Assembly (NCBI GenBank): GCA_032718475.1
Contig: JAUCBJ010001467.1
Location: forward strand, 1 to 36,006
Length of the DNA: 36,006 nucleotides
Source of the DNA: Nemertoderma westbladi
Lineage: Eukaryota; Animalia; Xenacoelomorpha
Direction: 5' to 3'
How positions within the stretch are numbered: position 1 is the first letter of the stretch; every line of letters begins with the position of its first letter. A model generated the notes under the pieces. It saw nothing but the letters and a program-made list of their open reading frames with translations, searched no databases and was not told the DNA's origin. Made by a program: the position numbers and the translations under genes. Below are positions 33,426-36,006 of this stretch, in pieces.

Positions 33426-36006
33426 GCTTACTGCAATACTGTTGTACCGATAGATAATAAATGTAAATTGTTTGCTACCGGCGTCGATAGTACAGTCAGA
33501 TGGTGGAAGGGAAGTTTGGATGCTCTTACTGAAAAAGTTACAATAATCTGTACTGAAAACCCTACGATTGACATAGTTCCCAATGATACTCCAACAGATA
33601 ATTTAGTTGTTATTATTAAGCCAATAAACTCGCGTGTACGAGATTTTGTTTTACCCACTGAACTAAATAATAATCGCCCACTCTTGATGACTCTCTCGTC
33701 CAAAAAAGAAGAAAGTGCCTTATTTCGCTGGAAAGATACTTTGCAATGGTGGTCGGTTAAGGGTAAAGTTGTAAGGAAAGAGGTAGATTATCATATCATT
33801 TCTAACTGGCAAATTGCCATTTATGGTTCTGCAGTAGGTGATACTTTGTCGAATGATTATGTGACGCGGGCTCTTGGAGGGCAAACTAACTATAAATGTG
33901 GCAATGAACTACATAATGAATTTTTGGTTAAGGAAAGTCGTGACACCAAACGAGTATGTTACCATCGTAGTTGTGAACGAAAGGCTATATATGGCTGTGC
34001 ATCATTCACCACTGGGCTAACTTGTGGAACAGGGATTTGCCGTCAACACTTTGGGAGTGACATCAATACCTTTACCTCGGATCCTGTGTTAATAAACTCT
34101 AATACTTTAGTACATCAGGCATTGCAAGAAGATACAGAAGATCTAAATGATGGTATTATAGATGATATTTTACATAATGATATTAATACATCCGATAATG
34201 ATAATGAAGGACTCTTAGAATATGATAATTATATTGATGGTGCCAATGCAATATATGCTGATGATACTCCGGATCCACTACACACACGGTCGGAATTAAC
34301 TCCTATTATTAGTGCAGAAGATTATACAGGATTTGGTAGCCATATTCTTTTAAATGATACCTATGGGACCTTGAGACGTGGTCGTCGTAAATATTCCAGT
34401 GCAAAGAAACAACAGTTGCTCCATCATTTTGCCTCTAATACATCGAATCCTGCTGTCTCCCTTCTATTTCCTTCAGCGCAGTTGTTACCAAGCACTTATT
34501 GGGCAATGATAGATAATTCTCCTCTTGGTGCTGCACCACAATCTCAAATTTTTAAAGGAAAATCACAAACGCAATTTGCCCCTCGAGCAACCTCTGAGAT
34601 GCTAAAGATTAACCTATGTGATGGTGACCTTCCAACTTCACATCAACTCTCTAACATACACTGGGCCTTCGATCTTAAACTTAATGATGCCCTTAACAGT
34701 AATTCGTCAGCAATGGTTTATCGCCGAGGATTGGAACATTTGGCTGAGAAAGAAAGCCTTCATGTTCAACGTCAAGATTCTGGCTTACCTTACAGTGAGA
34801 GTGAATCATCGATGAAAGTGCGAGAGCTTGCAGCAATGGTGAAACGTTATCCATGGGATTATTTTGTGACAGTCACATGTAATGAAAGTGAAACTCCGGG
34901 AGTAGCATCTCTTGTTCGACGGATGAAGGAAATATTTGAACACGAGTATGGAAGAGTATACCTGTCAAACATAATATTTGTTAATCGCGCTTGGGCCAGA
35001 TTCCTAAAATACTTTATTCAGTATCTTCAGACGAGTCCAGATGAGGTTTGCGGGCCGCACCGTCATAGTTTCTCACGTATCGAGTTTCAAGATCAAGGGG
35101 CACCAGGTAATAAATGTCACATTCATATTGGTATTTCTTTGTGGCCAGAAGACAGGACTACAACCTTAGAGCGAATTCACTGCAATCCTACTACAATGTT
35201 TAGCTCCAGCTTAGGGACTGATATGGGTTCATTGAAGAGAATGGGAATAGTTGAGAGTGAGAATGAGTATGTTCATCTATCCGATCTTATGGACAAGCTA
35301 TCTACTCATGATTGTAAGGCAGCTAATGGTAGGTGTATGAAATATAAGAACGATGAGGGAGAGAAAATATGCCGAGTGCCAATCTGTCCAACTAGTTTGT
35401 TTTATACATTCAAGGAGAAGGTTGATATTTACGATCAAATGATTACTGATATACTTTTGCAATGCGGATTAGCTGAACATGAAGAAGTATATGAATATGG
35501 AGAATATCGAACGAAAGTGAAACTGGATAAACGTCTCATTGGTGGCCGATATCAATACCCGACACAATCACCCCCTACATTTTTACCAACCATTCCTTTA
35601 CTGCAACTATTTCTACGATCATGTTTTAATTGTCAAGCGTGCGATAGTCGGTTCATGACTTCTTATCTGATCAAGTACGAAGTTGGCAAAGAAAGTCGAC
35701 CAAAGGCAATACTCAAAGGAACAAAGGAGCCAGAAGTTGTTAAGGTGCAGACATCAACGCTTGAAAATGAGAAAATTTCGGGACAACGCCTTATACTAGA
35801 TAAATTACGTAAAGAACCGCAAGGCATGGCAGCTACAGAGATCGGTATCCCAGAAATGATATGGTATATTATGGAGGAGCCATACACATTCAGTACTTGT
35901 AAATTCGTACATATAAACACTAATCCACCAGAATATCGGTGTTGGTATGTTCCTCCAAACTATGATGCAAAGGAAGATCGCACAAATCCGGGGTCTATAG
36001 GAGATT
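33426..36006 (+). CDS. Helitron-type rolling-circle Rep (HUH/Y2) ORF, 860 open codons, truncated by the right edge
   Basis: Translated by hand: no stop after TGA at 33423-33425. Motif I YFVTVTCN (34860), motif II RIEFQDQGAPGNKCHIHIGI (about 35076-35135), motif III YLIKY (35664-35678); upstream Cys/His cluster (CYHRSC...C...C...CRQH) and acidic tract. Start uncertain (first ATG about 33687); helicase not within the window. Confidence 0.88.

Overview
Repeat-rich eukaryotic (animal-like) genomic DNA. Host genes: three complete CDSs with no introns, PDE12 (-), a Josephin deubiquitinase JOSD1/2-like (-) and KIF-binding protein KIFBP (+), plus one internal spliced exon of the FANCJ/BRIP1 helicase (-, 31172-31389). 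I found no neighbouring FANCJ exons, so the window may be mostly two large FANCJ introns hosting nested genes. Mobile DNA: an internally deleted BEL/Pao LTR element with a still-open gag-protease ORF; a divergent Helitron-type HUH Rep ORF absent from the ORF track because it runs off the right edge; a 3.1-kb Foldback-like element with inverted arms of a 10-bp satellite; several TIR elements/MITEs including a 49-bp one; and four LINE 3' fragments. Most notable: a splice acceptor sits just upstream of all three intronless CDSs, the Josephin has a predicted N-terminal membrane anchor and C-terminal CaaX motif, and two LINE 3' ends share a covarying RNA hairpin. All family calls come from motifs recognised by eye; no database search was run.
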